Shown: piece by piece, positions 44,130 to 54,948 of the stretch
How positions within the stretch are numbered: position 1 is the first letter of the stretch
How the letters are laid out: the number at the start of each line of letters is the position of its first letter
Notes under the pieces: generated by a model
The model's input: only the letters and a program-made list of their open reading frames with translations
The model's database searches: none
Told to the model about the DNA's origin: nothing
Position numbers and translations under genes: made by a program
DNA from: a virus
Strand: one strand, 5' to 3'
Length of the DNA: 64,000 bases
Virus record (IMG/VR): IMGVR_UViG_3300017739_000006

Positions 44130-46043
44130 ATGAGCGCAGGTAGACTCGCTGCATCCGCCCCTGCAGCAACAACAAATACTGTGCTGTACTCGACTAGTCA
44201 GTTGAATACAGCATCCACCGTATTACTAGCATCGGAAAGAGGTGGATCCGCTGCGACTTATCGAGTTGGTCTTAAAGACTACACTCAGAAACTCACTTTA
44301 GACGCGAGTAATTACAAGTTTAATAGAGGTAACCCAGTTTCAACATATAAACTGGAAATTGCACCTGGGATTTCAAGATCCGATGCAACCCCTGGTTTAC
44401 AGATCTCTTCTTCTGACTTTGCTAAACAAGCATCAGTCTTGGACGTGGTTGTTGATACCAGTGTTATCACGAACTATGTGAAGGTTAAGACATATACTTC
44501 TATTGGTATTGATGCAACTGGTATTTCAGGAACATTTCAGGGCGGTGAAACTGTAACTGGTGGTACTTCAGGTGTATCTGCAACATTCCGTGGTATCGGG
44601 ACCACAATGAATATTGAGATTGCAGACATTGCTTCAGGTGCAACAACACTCAAGATGAGTGATGGTACTGCATCTGCTGGTAGTTCATATTTCGTACTAT
44701 CTGATGGAGTCAATGGATATACTCCTGAGGTCATCCAAGTGGGTACTCCTACCTTCTACAGTGGCACAACTGGCGGTGCTAACGCAACTGTCACACGAGC
44801 ACAATTCGGTACCTCTGCTGCTGCACACCCGTCAGGACAGATGGTTTCATTCTTCCAAGATTCAGGAACCACTACAACTATTAACGAAGGTGCACAGTTC
44901 GCTGTAGCAGACACTACGTTGACTGTTACTGATGGTACTGTAATCGTCTCTGGTCAATACTTACGTGTTGGCAACGAGATTATGCTTTGTACTGGTGTAG
45001 TTGGTAACGATCTTTCAGTTACCAGAGGTCAGTGGGGTACTGTAGATGCTGCACACGCTGATGGTGCAACTGTCACACCTATGTCACAGGGTGCTCAAGC
45101 AATGGTCAACTGGTTTGACAGTGCTGAGACTGTTACAGGTGGTACTTCTGCTGCTACTGTTGACACTCAGTTCACTGCAACTTCAAGTGCTATCTACACA
45201 ACAGGATTTGTTTGGGGTACTGTTTCAGGTCAGGAAGTTGTTCCTTCTACGTTCTCTATGGATGTGGAAAGAACATACAGATTTGATCAGTCAGATTCAA
45301 CAAACGCTTCACTTCCTCTTAGATTCTCTGATACACAAGAGGGTACAGGAGCGACTCCAGTTGCAGGTACAGAATACACAACTGGTGTAACGAAATCTGG
45401 TACTGCTGGAACGGACGGGATCATTGATCTTATTCCCACATCACAATCACCTAACCCACTGTATTACTATGCTGAGGGAACTGTTTCAACTGCAGGTACT
45501 ACAGTTTATTCTGCTAGTTTAACTGTTGTACAAAACCCACAATACACAGAGATACTTCTCTATGATGTGGATGGAACTTGGGTCACTGGTGATACATTCT
45601 TGGTTGGTACTTCAACAATTACTGTTGGTACTGTAACTGGTGGTAAGTATGGTTGGGTCACAGACTGGACTGCTCCAGTTCTTTCTGTTGCTCTTGGAGT
45701 TGGATCTGCAGCATTTGCAGGGGCAGACACATTCGTTGACACACCCCCTGAACAGGGTGCTGACAGAAGTACAGTCACTGCCAGTTCGGTTACTGCCCCT
45801 AGTGACCTTGCAACTGAAGATTACATTTATTATGACTATGCTATCAGTGCTAATGGTGCTAACAAACATAGTGGAATTGTGGTAGGACCTAATTCACACA
45901 TTGTGGTTTATGCATCAAGTGCAGATTTGTCATTCCAAGTGAATGGATTCGAGAATGAGGCGAACGATTTCTTACCCGATCAGTACAACCAAGCTGCTGC
46001 AGGTGGCGGTGGTGCTGGTGGAGGCGGCGGTGCTGCTCCATAA
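44130..46043 (+). CDS. Virion structural protein (Thr/Gly-rich beta repeats)
   Basis: Internal repeats (VTRAQFGT..AAH / VTRGQWGT..AAH; ETVTGGTS twice), TYRFDQSD domain. Confidence 0.7.
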   Translation: MSAGRLAASAPAATTNTVLYSTSQLNTASTVLLASERGGSAATYRVGLKDYTQKLTLDASNYKFNRGNPVSTYKLEIAPGISRSDATPGLQISSSDFAKQASVLDVVVDTSVITNYVKVKTYTSIGIDATGISGTFQGGETVTGGTSGVSATFRGIGTTMNIEIADIASGATTLKMSDGTASAGSSYFVLSDGVNGYTPEVIQVGTPTFYSGTTGGANATVTRAQFGTSAAAHPSGQMVSFFQDSGTTTTINEGAQFAVADTTLTVTDGTVIVSGQYLRVGNEIMLCTGVVGNDLSVTRGQWGTVDAAHADGATVTPMSQGAQAMVNWFDSAETVTGGTSAATVDTQFTATSSAIYTTGFVWGTVSGQEVVPSTFSMDVERTYRFDQSDSTNASLPLRFSDTQEGTGATPVAGTEYTTGVTKSGTAGTDGIIDLIPTSQSPNPLYYYAEGTVSTAGTTVYSASLTVVQNPQYTEILLYDVDGTWVTGDTFLVGTSTITVGTVTGGKYGWVTDWTAPVLSVALGVGSAAFAGADTFVDTPPEQGADRSTVTASSVTAPSDLATEDYIYYDYAISANGANKHSGIVVGPNSHIVVYASSADLSFQVNGFENEANDFLPDQYNQAAAGGGGAGGGGGAAP

Positions 46044-46094
46044 CCTAATCTTGACCCTTCATAAATAACCATATAGACAGGATTCCTATAGAAG

Positions 46095-49000
46095 ATGGCA
46101 CTAACACGTCTTAAAAATATCATCACGTCGAGGACTGGTCGTATTATATACGTCAACCCCGACGACTTCGATGCATCGGATGCTTACGACAACCGAGGTA
46201 ACTCGGCACTGCGCCCGTTTAAGACGTTGCAACGTGCCTTTCTTGAGGTATCGAGATTTTCATATAGAGTTGGACTTAGTAATGACGAATTTGACGCATT
46301 CAGTATATACCTATATCCTTCAGAATACGTTCTAGATAATAGACCAGGGACCAGCAATTTTAACGAGATTACGCCGTTTGACGAAAATACAAACTTTGAT
46401 TTAACTTCTCCTAACAATATCCTATACAAATTTAACTCTGTGAACGGTGGAATCATCGTACCCAGAGGTTGTTCTGTTGTTGGATCTGACCTTAGAAGAA
46501 CTAAGATCATTCCTAAGTATGTTCCATATCCTACTATTAACGCATCACTTGGTATTACAGGTGCAAACGAACCAGGGGCATCAGCAATCTTCAGATTGAC
46601 TGGTGGTACTTACTTCTGGCAGATGTCCTTCTTTGACGGGGACAATAACGGGGTATATTATAGAGGAGACGTTGCAGATACCATTGCACCTAACTTCTCA
46701 CACCATAAGATTACTTGTTTTGAGTATGCTACGATCCTTGACCTAGATCTTTACTATCAGAAGATCTCAAAGGCATACGCAACAATTCCAGATACCTCTG
46801 GAACTATCGCACAAGACCAGTTACAGGCAAGAGTCGAAGAAAACAGGATCGTTGGTCCGATTTCAGACGAATTCCGAGTATCTCAGATTATCCGAAATGG
46901 TCAAACTGCAACTGCTTTTACGGTTGATATTCAAGATAACCCTAGTAATCACGGTTTCTCTGTGGGTGTTGCAGTTAACATCTCTGGTGTTACTGGACCG
47001 ACAGAGACAGATTCTAATCTATACAACGGATCCTTCCTCGTAACGTCAGCACAGGGTAACCAGTTTACCTACCAGATGTCAGCAGAACCGTCAGGTAACG
47101 CGATTGGTTCTAACGTACTGGTTAAAGTTGAGATTGACACGGTTGACTCAGCGTCACCATATGTGTTCAACTGCTCCCTACGTTCTGTGTGGGGTATTTG
47201 TGGTATGCACGCAGATGGTTCACTCGCCACTGGTTTCAAATCAATGGTTGTTGCTCAGTTCACTGGTATTTCACTACAGAAGGACGACAGAGCATTCGTA
47301 TTATATAATCCATCAACAGGAAACTATGAAGCACAAGCAAGCGGATCTGGCGCACATATTAACGGACTATGTAAGTACAGAAAAGGATGGAGACACGTCC
47401 ACATTAAAGCAAGTAATGATGCTTTCATTCAGGTCGTTTCTGTGTTCGCTGTTGGATTTGGTGATCACTTCTTCTCAGATAGTGGTGGTGACCTTTCGAT
47501 TACTAACTCTAACAGTAACTTCGGTAACACGTCTCTTCGAAGTAAAGGATTTAAGTCAGCATCATTTACGAAAGATAAAGCAGGTCAAATTACACACGTA
47601 ATTCCACCAAAAGATATTTCAGACGTAGCAGAGATCTCTATCAACTGGGTGACATTTGATATTAATAAGATCCGTGCTGCAGCAGACCCTACAAAATTAT
47701 ACCTCTACGGATATACAAACGAAACAGGTAAACCACCCTCTAAGATTCAGGGTTATACCATTGGTGCTAGAAGAGATTCACCTACACTACCTGACAAGAT
47801 TAACGTTCTGTTGATTGCTTCAGGTGCAAACTCACCAACAACACACACAGCGAAGATTGATCCTTCAGGTGGTGATGTTACAGGTACATCCCCAGGTGAT
47901 GACAACTCACCTATCAAGTGGGATGCTAACCAGTCTAACTGGTATCTACAAGTCGATTCAAACCAGAACGACATCTATACAACTCTAATTGCTAACAGTC
48001 AGTATCAAAATCTTGGATTCACACCGACATCATTCATTAGAAGAGTACCCGACGCAAGAGACCTTAAAGATAGAATCTACAGATTTAGATATGTACTGGA
48101 CAAGGATGCGTTCCCGATTCCTAGACAACCCATTACTGGTTTCGTGGTACAACCTAGATCTTCAGAGACTAACTCACCTGCATATGACAAGACATACTAC
48201 ATCTATGAAGTAGAAGTCTATCAAGTATTTGAAAGAGGTCTCAAGGATGGTATTTACTATCTGACATTCCTGAATGCATCAGTTGCTCCATCTACATCTA
48301 ACTTTGATGACTTCGCATTCTCACAGCAGACAGTTGATCTATACCCCGCATTTGACAGAGACAACCCAGTAGCAGACCCAGGTCCCGCTATCTCAGTTGC
48401 TGACAATGACATTCTTGGCGTTGTTACTACCACTGATGGTGCCACACCTACACCTAATGAGAACACAAAACTCTCTATCACTAAAGAGACAACACAGTTC
48501 TTCTTACTTGAACAGGAAAACAACCTAGGATATAACACAACATCTAATACACTGAACAGTATAGTTGTTACAGGACGCCTTGGTGATGAAGAAGAGAGAA
48601 AGATCCCTCTGAAGTTGAACGCTGATAACTCAGTTGCTCCTATTCTATGTGAACTACGAAGATACTCCATCCTTAGAGCATCTGGTCACACGTTTGAATA
48701 TCTTGGATTTGGGCCAGGTAACTACTCAACTGCATTCCCATCTACACAGGTGGAAGTTCTATCACCTGCACAGGTCAGACTGTCGCAGTCATTGAAAGAA
48801 GCAGCAGGTGTTGCATACTACTCAGGTGTTAACTCTGACGGTGAACTATTCGTTGGTAACCAAGTTATCAACCCAGTTACAGGTCAGATCACTAACGAAG
48901 ATATTGCACAACTTAACGTGTTGGGTGAAGAAGGTACAACTATTGAGACGTTCTCAGAGATTGTTCTTACTGACAAACTAACTGTTATTGGTGGTGCATC

Positions 49001-49670
49001 TAACCAGTTAGAATCTGTATTCTCAGGTCCAGTTACATTCCAGAAGAGAATTACTGCTCAGGAGAATATTCAGACTCTGAAACTGACTTATAGTAACACT
49101 GATGGTACCGTACTAAAGCAGACATTCCTTGCAGAAGATGATGGGTCAGGTCAACCAGATATTGATGCTGCATTGGCATTTAACGATGGTGATATTATCT
49201 ATAATATCGACTGGCAGTCAGGTGATTCACTTGGATGGATCTACGATTCAGGAACTTGGTACAAATTTGGTATGACAGATACTGGACCAATTACTGCACG
49301 TAGGTTCAGTGGTGTCACTAACTATGGTATTGGAATGGCACCTGATGCATCCAATAGAATGAAGATCAGTGGTAACACATTCATTTCTGGTGACTTAGAT
49401 GTTACTGGTAAGTATGGTTCTGCTGATAAGTATAGACTTGCAACAGGTCTTGCTAATGACAATAACGGGGTCACATACAATGGTAACGGGTCAACATCAT
49501 CCTTTGCTATTTCCCCAGGGCATACCTCTTACTCTGTTCTTGTATTCTTGAATGGTGTCGCCCAAATCCCAGGTACTGACTATCAAGTTAGCGGCAACGC
49601 TGTTGACTTCTCAATCGGTACTCCACCCTCAACTGGTGATGTGGTCCAGATCAGGGAACTAGTCATCTAA
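46095..49670 (+). CDS. Large conserved cyanophage tail-fibre-like protein
   Basis: MALTRLKN...RPFKTLQRA beta-helix entry, SPYVFNCSLRSVWG, C-terminal VFLNGV..IP..DY domain; CATAAATA at 46060. Confidence 0.75.
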   Translation: MALTRLKNIITSRTGRIIYVNPDDFDASDAYDNRGNSALRPFKTLQRAFLEVSRFSYRVGLSNDEFDAFSIYLYPSEYVLDNRPGTSNFNEITPFDENTNFDLTSPNNILYKFNSVNGGIIVPRGCSVVGSDLRRTKIIPKYVPYPTINASLGITGANEPGASAIFRLTGGTYFWQMSFFDGDNNGVYYRGDVADTIAPNFSHHKITCFEYATILDLDLYYQKISKAYATIPDTSGTIAQDQLQARVEENRIVGPISDEFRVSQIIRNGQTATAFTVDIQDNPSNHGFSVGVAVNISGVTGPTETDSNLYNGSFLVTSAQGNQFTYQMSAEPSGNAIGSNVLVKVEIDTVDSASPYVFNCSLRSVWGICGMHADGSLATGFKSMVVAQFTGISLQKDDRAFVLYNPSTGNYEAQASGSGAHINGLCKYRKGWRHVHIKASNDAFIQVVSVFAVGFGDHFFSDSGGDLSITNSNSNFGNTSLRSKGFKSASFTKDKAGQITHVIPPKDISDVAEISINWVTFDINKIRAAADPTKLYLYGYTNETGKPPSKIQGYTIGARRDSPTLPDKINVLLIASGANSPTTHTAKIDPSGGDVTGTSPGDDNSPIKWDANQSNWYLQVDSNQNDIYTTLIANSQYQNLGFTPTSFIRRVPDARDLKDRIYRFRYVLDKDAFPIPRQPITGFVVQPRSSETNSPAYDKTYYIYEVEVYQVFERGLKDGIYYLTFLNASVAPSTSNFDDFAFSQQTVDLYPAFDRDNPVADPGPAISVADNDILGVVTTTDGATPTPNENTKLSITKETTQFFLLEQENNLGYNTTSNTLNSIVVTGRLGDEEERKIPLKLNADNSVAPILCELRRYSILRASGHTFEYLGFGPGNYSTAFPSTQVEVLSPAQVRLSQSLKEAAGVAYYSGVNSDGELFVGNQVINPVTGQITNEDIAQLNVLGEEGTTIETFSEIVLTDKLTVIGGASNQLESVFSGPVTFQKRITAQENIQTLKLTYSNTDGTVLKQTFLAEDDGSGQPDIDAALAFNDGDIIYNIDWQSGDSLGWIYDSGTWYKFGMTDTGPITARRFSGVTNYGIGMAPDASNRMKISGNTFISGDLDVTGKYGSADKYRLATGLANDNNGVTYNGNGSTSSFAISPGHTSYSVLVFLNGVAQIPGTDYQVSGNAVDFSIGTPPSTGDVVQIRELVI

Positions 49671-49694
49671 ATAGAAGAGGAGCAGTAGGATCCT

Positions 49695-50561
49695 ATGTCA
49701 ACAAAGATTAATGGTAATCAGATACAAGCGACAACTAGAGGTCTAGTTGAAGCGTGGTCTATTTCCGAACAAATAAATTTACCGCCACTTAACCAATCAC
49801 AGGTCAATGCCCTCGGCACACCTGCATTTGGTACTGTCATCTACAATACGACAGAAGATATGGCACAGATCTACAAACAGGATGCCGCACAAGGCAACCC
49901 TGGGTGGTCTGATGTTGGTGGGGGTGGTCCTGCTATTGGTGAAGGTTCTATCATTAGAACTAACGGTACAAATATTGGAGAGAACTTAACTGTCGGTCCT
50001 ACTGCAAACGGCGGTGTAGAGTTTACAAACGGATTTTCAGCAGGTCCAATTCAAATTAACTCAGGTTATACTGTTACTATTGAGAATGGTGCATCTTGGA
50101 CACTACTTGGTGACGATGACCTGTCATACGCTGAATTTGTTGATATTGAATCACAACACGCTACATTCACTGGTACACTTCATTATGGTGAAACAAAAGA
50201 GCAGGTTTACTATTACACATCAAGTGGTTCTATAACTCACGATTATAATAATTCAAATTCAATCTGGATCAACAAAACTGGTGGTAGTAATTTCACTATC
50301 AGTTTTACTAACGTTCCTACTGATGGTGCACACGCATATGGTATGACTGTTGCTATCAAAAACCAAGGTGGTGAGGGTATTCCCACATCAGTTAACGTTA
50401 ACGGACAGTCAACAACTATATACTGGTCAGGTGGTGCTGAACCAAGTTGGGGTGAAGATGATACTTATGTTGTTGTCTCATTTGCATTGGTCTACACACC
50501 TAACACTGCTCAGCAATCATTCACTATATTTGGTTCTTCTACTGGATATTATCAAGCATAA
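49695..50561 (+). CDS. Tail-fibre-associated protein
   Basis: VIYNTT, GGGP, IIRTN...AGP...GYTVTIENGASW motifs; TAAATA at 49668. Confidence 0.65.
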   Translation: MSTKINGNQIQATTRGLVEAWSISEQINLPPLNQSQVNALGTPAFGTVIYNTTEDMAQIYKQDAAQGNPGWSDVGGGGPAIGEGSIIRTNGTNIGENLTVGPTANGGVEFTNGFSAGPIQINSGYTVTIENGASWTLLGDDDLSYAEFVDIESQHATFTGTLHYGETKEQVYYYTSSGSITHDYNNSNSIWINKTGGSNFTISFTNVPTDGAHAYGMTVAIKNQGGEGIPTSVNVNGQSTTIYWSGGAEPSWGEDDTYVVVSFALVYTPNTAQQSFTIFGSSTGYYQA

Positions 50562-50563
50562 TT

Positions 50564-51544
50564 ATGTCTACTAACATTGGTTATTCTGGGATGTTCAGTC
50601 CCTTGTCTTCCTCTTTGGCATCACGTGGTGGAGGAGCAGGTGGCGGTAGTGCTGCTAGAATTATTGCTCAAGATAACGGAACAGTTTTTGACCAAGCATA
50701 TGAAGGTCTGAACTTCAGATTCCATAGATTTACAAGTACAGGAGATAATAGTCTATACATTGATGCAGGTGCAGGTGCAACTCTATACGCTTGGTTGTGG
50801 GGTGCTGCAGGCGGTGCAGGTGGACAAGGTGGAGCAGGTGGTGGTGCAGGTGGTATGTCATATAGTGAGATTACAGTACAGGCAGATTGGATCGCTCAAG
50901 GTGGAAGAATGAGAGTTTACGTCGGCGGTGGCGGCGGCGGTGGATCAGGTTGCTACGGATGTTGGGGTGGCGGCGGTAATGGTACCAATGGATCAGGTTA
51001 TGGTTCAGGCGGTCGTGGCACCAACGCATCTTGTAGTGGATGTTCAGCAGGTGGTGGTGGAGGAGGAGCAGCAACTATGCTCTTCACACCATTGGGCGTA
51101 AGTATGGATAGTACACACATTCTCGCAGTCGCAGCAGGCGGCGGTGGTGGTGGAGGTCGTGAAGGTTGCTCTGGAGCAGGTTCTGGTGGAGCAGGTGGAC
51201 AAAGAGGAGCAAACGGACAGTGCGGTTCACAGGGTGGAGCAATGGGTGGTAACGGTGATACCAACGGTGATGAGTGTGGCAGACCAGGGAACGATTCTTC
51301 TGGTGGAGGCGGCGGTGGCGGCGGTTACAACGCTGGACAGTGTGGTGGAAACCCTAGTTGTGATTGTAATGGTGCTGCTGGTGGAGGTGGAGGTGCATCT
51401 TGGATTTCTTCTCCATACCACATCGGTGGTTCCATAAGTAATGGTGACTGGGGAACCCCAGGGGACACTTCTTCTCAATTCAGACAAGGATATGCCCAAC
51501 CTAATGGTGGACAAGGTATAGGAACTCTTGGTTATTTGATCTAA
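50564..51544 (+). CDS. Gly/Cys-rich adhesin-like protein
   Basis: FHRFTSTG, LWGAAGG, VYVGGGG, AVAAGGGGGG polyglycine segments; many Cys. Confidence 0.7.
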   Translation: MSTNIGYSGMFSPLSSSLASRGGGAGGGSAARIIAQDNGTVFDQAYEGLNFRFHRFTSTGDNSLYIDAGAGATLYAWLWGAAGGAGGQGGAGGGAGGMSYSEITVQADWIAQGGRMRVYVGGGGGGGSGCYGCWGGGGNGTNGSGYGSGGRGTNASCSGCSAGGGGGGAATMLFTPLGVSMDSTHILAVAAGGGGGGGREGCSGAGSGGAGGQRGANGQCGSQGGAMGGNGDTNGDECGRPGNDSSGGGGGGGGYNAGQCGGNPSCDCNGAAGGGGGASWISSPYHIGGSISNGDWGTPGDTSSQFRQGYAQPNGGQGIGTLGYLI

Positions 51545-51546
51545 TT

Positions 51547-52080
51547 ATGGCAACAACTAACGACCCAAAGACAGTAGACGACGGTTACCAAAATTTTAAC
51601 GTCGCTACAGCAGTTTTCGATATAGGCGAAAACACAACTATTGGTGGTGGATTTTCGACTCTAAAGTCAAAAGACGTAACCATTAAGATGAGTGTAAGAA
51701 AGTTTGGAGAGTACAAACTGAAATGGGATAACGGTTTAAGAATCGGTATTTCAGTTTCAAAACCAGATGGTACACAGGTCTTCACACAACAACTTGATAA
51801 CATTTTATCGAGTGACTCTAAATATCAGTTGACAGCATCATTACCTGCTTTAACTCCTGAAGTTAAATACGCAGTTCAAATGTGGGCAGGTGATAATGAG
51901 AAATCTCTAATACATAGAGAGGATATTACGATCCCCGATTACGAGGATCCATCCGCTCAAAGAGTCAATCCTGAAGGTACAGTTGTGTACCACGACGGAT
52001 ACTATCCCGATGACGCACAGTGGGCAGCAGATCAACCTTATCTGCCTGCAGGTTTCACACGCCCTGTGCCACCTACATAA
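51547..52080 (+). CDS. Hypothetical protein (possible fibre chaperone)
   Basis: ORF track; follows the Gly-rich gene. Confidence 0.55.
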   Translation: MATTNDPKTVDDGYQNFNVATAVFDIGENTTIGGGFSTLKSKDVTIKMSVRKFGEYKLKWDNGLRIGISVSKPDGTQVFTQQLDNILSSDSKYQLTASLPALTPEVKYAVQMWAGDNEKSLIHREDITIPDYEDPSAQRVNPEGTVVYHDGYYPDDAQWAADQPYLPAGFTRPVPPT

Positions 52081-52082
52081 TG

Positions 52083-52090
52083 TATAAATA
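52083..52090 (+). promoter_or_regulatory. Late promoter TATAAATA
   Basis: Exact consensus upstream of ORF 52118. Confidence 0.75.
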
Positions 52091-52117
52091 CATCAGAGGA
52101 AATTTTAACAGGAAAAA

Positions 52118-52918
52118 ATGAGCACACTCAAAGTTGCATCTATTAGAGACCTGTCTGGCATTGGTGGTTTTACCCTCGCATCTGGTAATATTACTGCTAA
52201 TGGTACGCTGACTGTTAGTAACTTGACCGTTAATGGTACGATGTCAGGTTCATCTAGTCAGATCGTGCCTAGTGTCTCAGGTCAATCAGGTAAGTTTCTT
52301 ACCACGAACGGATCGTCAATGTCTTGGACAGACGTAAGTTCAGAAAACATCAGTTCTATGCAAATCTGGACTGGTAACGGTACTTGGAATAGACCAAGTG
52401 GCGTAAAATATATTCACGTTCGCTGTCAAGGTGGCGGTGGTGGAGGTGCTGGTCACGGTGAATCAGGCGGTGCAGGAGGTTACTCCGAACGTGTGATGTC
52501 AGTTGCCAACATTTCATCAGTCGGTATTACGATTGGTGGTGGCGGTGGAGGTACTTGGTATTTCAACCGTGGTGGTGATGGAGGATCATCTTCATTCGGT
52601 CCTTATATGTCAGCAGGTGGTGGACACGGTGCTGCACGTAATAACTCACACTCAGGTGGACTAGGACGAGAAGGTTCTGGTGGAGACCTGAATATCTGGG
52701 GTGGTGGTGGACAGTCCCACGCTGCTCACGGTGGTGGAACTGGTGGACCTTCTCACTTCGGTGGATCGGTTGCTGCTGGTTGGCCAAATGGTGGAAACTT
52801 CAGTCATAACCACCAAGATCACTCAGCATATGGTTCAGGTGGTTCAGGTGGTCACTTCCACTCTTTCCGTGGTTCAAACGGTAAGTATGGTGTTGTTACT
52901 GTTATCAACTACAAGTAA
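52118..52918 (+). CDS. Gly/His-rich adhesin-like protein
   Basis: MSTLKV, SGQSGKFLTTNG, WTGNGTWNRPSGVKYIHVRCQGGGGGG, GVVTV. Confidence 0.72.
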   Translation: MSTLKVASIRDLSGIGGFTLASGNITANGTLTVSNLTVNGTMSGSSSQIVPSVSGQSGKFLTTNGSSMSWTDVSSENISSMQIWTGNGTWNRPSGVKYIHVRCQGGGGGGAGHGESGGAGGYSERVMSVANISSVGITIGGGGGGTWYFNRGGDGGSSSFGPYMSAGGGHGAARNNSHSGGLGREGSGGDLNIWGGGGQSHAAHGGGTGGPSHFGGSVAAGWPNGGNFSHNHQDHSAYGSGGSGGHFHSFRGSNGKYGVVTVINYK

Positions 52919-52927
52919 GGGGTCACT

Positions 52928-53446
52928 ATGAAAAAAGCATTAATGGATTTTACAGGTTACGTTGCTGACGTAGTAGAACCTGGGGAAGAATATGCATTAT
53001 TCTTAGGTCGTGGTTGCTCACAGATGTGGGTAAATGCACCTGATGATATTACAAATGTGTGGACTCTTGAATGGTCACCTTCGGCAGAAGATATGACTTG
53101 GGTTAAGAGAACTGAAACATATGCAGACCCTGCAACAACTCGCAGAGTGGCATATGGTGAGGTAGGGGCACAATTAGATATGCTCTACAAAGACCTTGCA
53201 GCAGGCAGAGCATTGACAGCAGAGGATGCTCTTTGGTATAATCACGTGAAGACAGTTAAAGACAATACGACACAACCTTCATCAGTTGAGGAACCAATGG
53301 ATCCTACAATGACTGAGGAAGAGATCGCTGAGTTTATGTCTGACGCTGTAGAGCCTGGAGTCGGAAGACCCTGTAAACTATCATCGAAAGAACAACCTTG
53401 TTGGGAGAGATATTCTAACTGGGGAAGAACCTACGAAGAACTTTAA
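52928..53446 (+). CDS. Tail-fibre assembly chaperone-like protein
   Basis: RRVAYGEVGAQLDMLYKD...WYNHVKTVK pattern. Confidence 0.6.
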   Translation: MKKALMDFTGYVADVVEPGEEYALFLGRGCSQMWVNAPDDITNVWTLEWSPSAEDMTWVKRTETYADPATTRRVAYGEVGAQLDMLYKDLAAGRALTAEDALWYNHVKTVKDNTTQPSSVEEPMDPTMTEEEIAEFMSDAVEPGVGRPCKLSSKEQPCWERYSNWGRTYEEL

Positions 53447-53455
53447 CTTTTTGGT

Positions 53456-54946
53456 ATGCAACTACATAAAATCTGTATTGTCGGTGGCGGCAGTGCAGGG
53501 TGGATGACTGCTAGTGTACTAGCGAAACATTTTGGTAATACAAAAGAGATTGTGTTGATCGAATCTCCTACAAAACCTAGAATTGGTGTAGGGGAAGCGA
53601 CAACGCAATTTTTTAATACTTTTATTAGGTATCTGGGATTGGAAGATTCCGACTGGATGCCTAAATGTGATGCCACATACAAACATAGCGTACGGTTTGA
53701 GAACTTTAATCCAAAAGGTCCATTCCATTATCCATTTGGGAAGACAGAGGGACCTGCATCGGTTGCTGACTACTACACTTGGAGAAAGATCGGAAAAGTT
53801 GACAGTATGACTTGGGGTCTGATATATTCAGATACAGTCCGTAGTTCAGAAAATGGGAAACTCATTCCTGATCTCACTCACTTCAATGTCGGTTACCATT
53901 TCGACGCTATTTCCTTTGCAGAATATCTAAAACACAACTATGCAATTCCTAAAGGTATTAGACTCATTGAAGATACAGTCGTCTCGATTGAATCCAGCGT
54001 GGACGGGATTAGCGGAGTTTGCCTTTCTGGTGGCGATCGGTACGATGCAGACCTTTTTATAGACTGTACAGGATTTGATGCAATTCTCAGCAATGAGGTA
54101 GGAAGTACGTGGGAAGCGTGGAATTCAGATATTAATGGTACAGATGAGTTGATGTGTGACTCAGCGTGGACAACGAGAATACCATATAAAGACAAAGCAA
54201 AAGAGTTAGTTGCATACACAAACTGCACAGGAATGAGCAGTGGATGGGTATGGAGAGCACCCACGTGGTCACGAATTGGCACGGGTTATGTATTCTCATC
54301 CCGTCATCAATCGAAAGAGGATGCATTAACAGAATTCAAACAGCATTTAGGTGTAGGTGATGATCAAGAGTTTAGATTCCTTAAGTTCCCTACAGGTGTA
54401 AGAAAGGAGATATGGAAAAAGAATGTGGTATCTATTGGATTGGCAGGTGGTTTCATTGAACCACTAGAATCAGGTGGATTATATTCAGTTCACGAGTTCT
54501 TATTTAATCTGATACAGGTTCTTCCTAGAGAGATTGACTATTACAATGGTTTCATAAGAGAACAGTTCAACTGGGGATCGAAGAGGAGACTACAGTCATT
54601 CAAGGATTTTGTACTAGCACATTACTGTTTGAGTCCTAGGAGTGACACACCATTCTGGAAGCATTATAATCAGATGAACTTCCAATCGGAGTTCCCTGAT
54701 GTATTGACACAAAGATTTGAACAGATCGGAAACCTCAATTATCTATCCGAGGGTGCTCTCTACTTGCTAGGTGGGTACGAATATGATATAATTCCTGATA
54801 GGTTCGATGTTATTGCCAGACACGATGGTTACGAATCACCCGACTTTGATGATATGTTTATGGATCATTTAACCAAGCAAGATCCAGACTATCCAACCCC
54901 TTTGGAGTATTATCAATCTACCCTATATAAGAAAGAAGAATCTTAA
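53456..54946 (+). CDS. Flavin-dependent (tryptophan-halogenase-like) halogenase 1
   Basis: IVGGGSAGW, VGEAT, ATYK (catalytic-Lys position), FIDCTGF, GWVWRAP, FIEPLESGG. Confidence 0.88.
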   Translation: MQLHKICIVGGGSAGWMTASVLAKHFGNTKEIVLIESPTKPRIGVGEATTQFFNTFIRYLGLEDSDWMPKCDATYKHSVRFENFNPKGPFHYPFGKTEGPASVADYYTWRKIGKVDSMTWGLIYSDTVRSSENGKLIPDLTHFNVGYHFDAISFAEYLKHNYAIPKGIRLIEDTVVSIESSVDGISGVCLSGGDRYDADLFIDCTGFDAILSNEVGSTWEAWNSDINGTDELMCDSAWTTRIPYKDKAKELVAYTNCTGMSSGWVWRAPTWSRIGTGYVFSSRHQSKEDALTEFKQHLGVGDDQEFRFLKFPTGVRKEIWKKNVVSIGLAGGFIEPLESGGLYSVHEFLFNLIQVLPREIDYYNGFIREQFNWGSKRRLQSFKDFVLAHYCLSPRSDTPFWKHYNQMNFQSEFPDVLTQRFEQIGNLNYLSEGALYLLGGYEYDIIPDRFDVIARHDGYESPDFDDMFMDHLTKQDPDYPTPLEYYQSTLYKKEES

Positions 54947-54948
54947 TT

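Noticed and set aside
50564-52918. Gly-rich (GGT/GGC)n tracts as CRISPR-like or DGR repeats
   Set aside because: They are codon-level low complexity from polyglycine; there are no fixed-length spacers, no template/variable repeat pair and no reverse transcriptase.
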